Shown: one piece after another, positions 62,697 to 64,000 of the stretch | How the letters are laid out: each line of letters begins with the position of its first letter | Position numbering within the stretch: position 1 is the first letter of the stretch | Assembly (NCBI RefSeq): GCF_018350175.1 | Contig: NC_058368.1 | Location: forward strand, 181,910,001 to 181,974,000 | Length of the DNA: 64,000 nt | Direction: 5' to 3' | Source of the DNA: Felis catus | Taxonomy: Eukaryota | Notes under the pieces: generated by a model | The model's database searches: none | The model's input: the letters and a program-made list of their open reading frames with translations, nothing else | What the model was told of the DNA's origin: nothing | Translations under genes and position numbers: made by a program

Positions 62697-62916
62697 TTGT
62701 TTGTTTATTTTGTGAGAGGGAGAGAGAGTGTACATGCCAGCAGGGGAGAGGGGCATAGAGACAGAGAGAAAAGGTGAGGGACAGGGAGAGGGAGAGAATC
62801 TGAGGTAGGCTTTGTGCTGGGTGTAGGTGTGGGGCTTGATCCTACAACTCTGGAATCATGACCTAAGCAGAAATCAAGAGTTGGAAGCTCAACCAACTGG
62901 GCCACCCAGGCACCCC
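62697..62916 (-). mobile_element. CanSINE
   Basis: Ends 'ggccacccaggcacccc'; imperfect TSD aaaaaccttcctt / aaaaacatcctt. Confidence 0.92.
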
Positions 62917-63160
62917 CTCAAAAACATCCTTATGTGATATATCAATATGTGCTATAAGGGTTCTGACAAAGAAAAGGAGTACCTTGTTACCTGAAAGATT
63001 TAATTCCATGATTCATGTACCTTCTAGTAAACACCAGTGAAACCCAAAATAAAAGACATTCAGTTAGATTAGATTTTTCCCAAATTACATCATCTTTTTG
63101 AAATGTCACAATGCATAGCATAGGAAAGGTCTGAGAAGAAGGTCTTCAGTAAAAAAAATA

Positions 63161-63189
63161 AATAATAATAATAATAATAATAATAATAA
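63161..63189. repeat. (AAT)~9 microsatellite
   Basis: Read directly from the sequence. Confidence 0.9.
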
Positions 63190-63865
63190 GCCTAGTTAAC
63201 TTTTTTTTACTCCCCATTTCCACACCAGATTTTACCATAGAAACTTCCTTCACAGAAAACTGATTAAAAGCACATGGAATAAAGTTTTAGCATCATATGC
63301 ACTACTAAGCCATAGTCCCTGGGAAAAGATGCTGAGAAAAACAGAACCTTAAAAAAATCTCTGTTCTATTTATGAACTTTCTGCATAAATGTGAAAGTTA
63401 AGGGGTGAGGCCACTGCTCTCAACAACCTGTGGGTAGGTGAGGACTCTAATGGTCTAAAATAATGACTGTGCTGCCCCAAACATAATTTATTTAAAGTTT
63501 TCATCTGGCTTTGAAGTTGGAATAAAACTAGACAGGGTACTATTTTCAATAAGTATTTGGTCACCAAAAACACTGATCAACGGTCATCTTTCCTACAACA
63601 TCCACTCACCTCTTAAATAACATGTTCAGTTGAATACACCACCTACTTTAAAACAACTGTAATGTGGTTTGAATCCTTTCTGGGTGAAGTAATCATGTGT
63701 TTAGGGAGTTTGCAGAGCTGAGGGCCAGAATTGAGTATACAGTTCTCAAAGAACTTCCCACAGAAGGGATTCTTAGGAAGAAGTTAAGGGTTCATGCTCT
63801 TCGTTTGGTTATACTACTGAGGACTACAGATTTGTTTTGGAGGATGTTTAAAATGATCTGCACTA

Positions 63866-64000
63866 GGGGCGCCTGGGTGGCGCAGTCGGTTAGGCGTCCG
63901 ACTTCAGCCAGGTCACGATCTCGCGGTCCGTGAGTTCGAGCCCCGCGTCGGGCTCTGGGCTGATGGCTCAGAGCCTGGAGCCTGTTTCCGATTCTGTGTC
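63866..64000 (+). mobile_element. Very young felid CanSINE (SINEC_Fc1-like), cut by the window edge
   Basis: 14 intact CpGs in 135 bp; Pol III A box tggcgcagtcgg (63878-63889) and B box gagttcgagcc (63932-63942). Confidence 0.97.

Noticed and set aside
63866..63945. tRNA gene or CpG island
   Set aside because: The A/B boxes and CpGs belong to a tRNA-derived CanSINE head.
1..64000. The many 60-142 aa ORFs as host genes
   Set aside because: No recognisable domains; many translate SINEs, microsatellites or L1 antisense strands; lengths are consistent with chance; no coherent exon chain.

Overview
AT-rich, CpG-depleted mammalian DNA from a cat-family carnivore, inferred from 18 tRNA-derived CanSINEs, including a near-pristine felid SINEC_Fc-type copy. 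It reads as intronic or intergenic: I found no credible host protein-coding gene, structural RNA gene, CpG-island promoter or CRISPR array. Nearly all listed ORFs are chance ORFs or translations of repeats. The clear protein remnants are L1 ORF2p (30031-30555 and within 6922-7722) and L1 ORF1p (within 22870-24755). The window is a layered transposon record: CanSINEs, young and old L1 fragments, MaLR/ERVL/ERV1 LTRs, hAT MITEs (MER5, MER20, MER53, MER58), MIR, L2 and microsatellites. The best leads are a probable L1 3' transduction (45354-45732), an ancient non-L1 reverse-transcriptase relic (about 43436-44330), a two-LTR MaLR with internal region, three closely spaced inverted CanSINE pairs, and several templated micro-duplications. 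I see no convincing new biological system. Repeat family names come from recalled consensus features, not a database search, and boundaries of old repeats are approximate.
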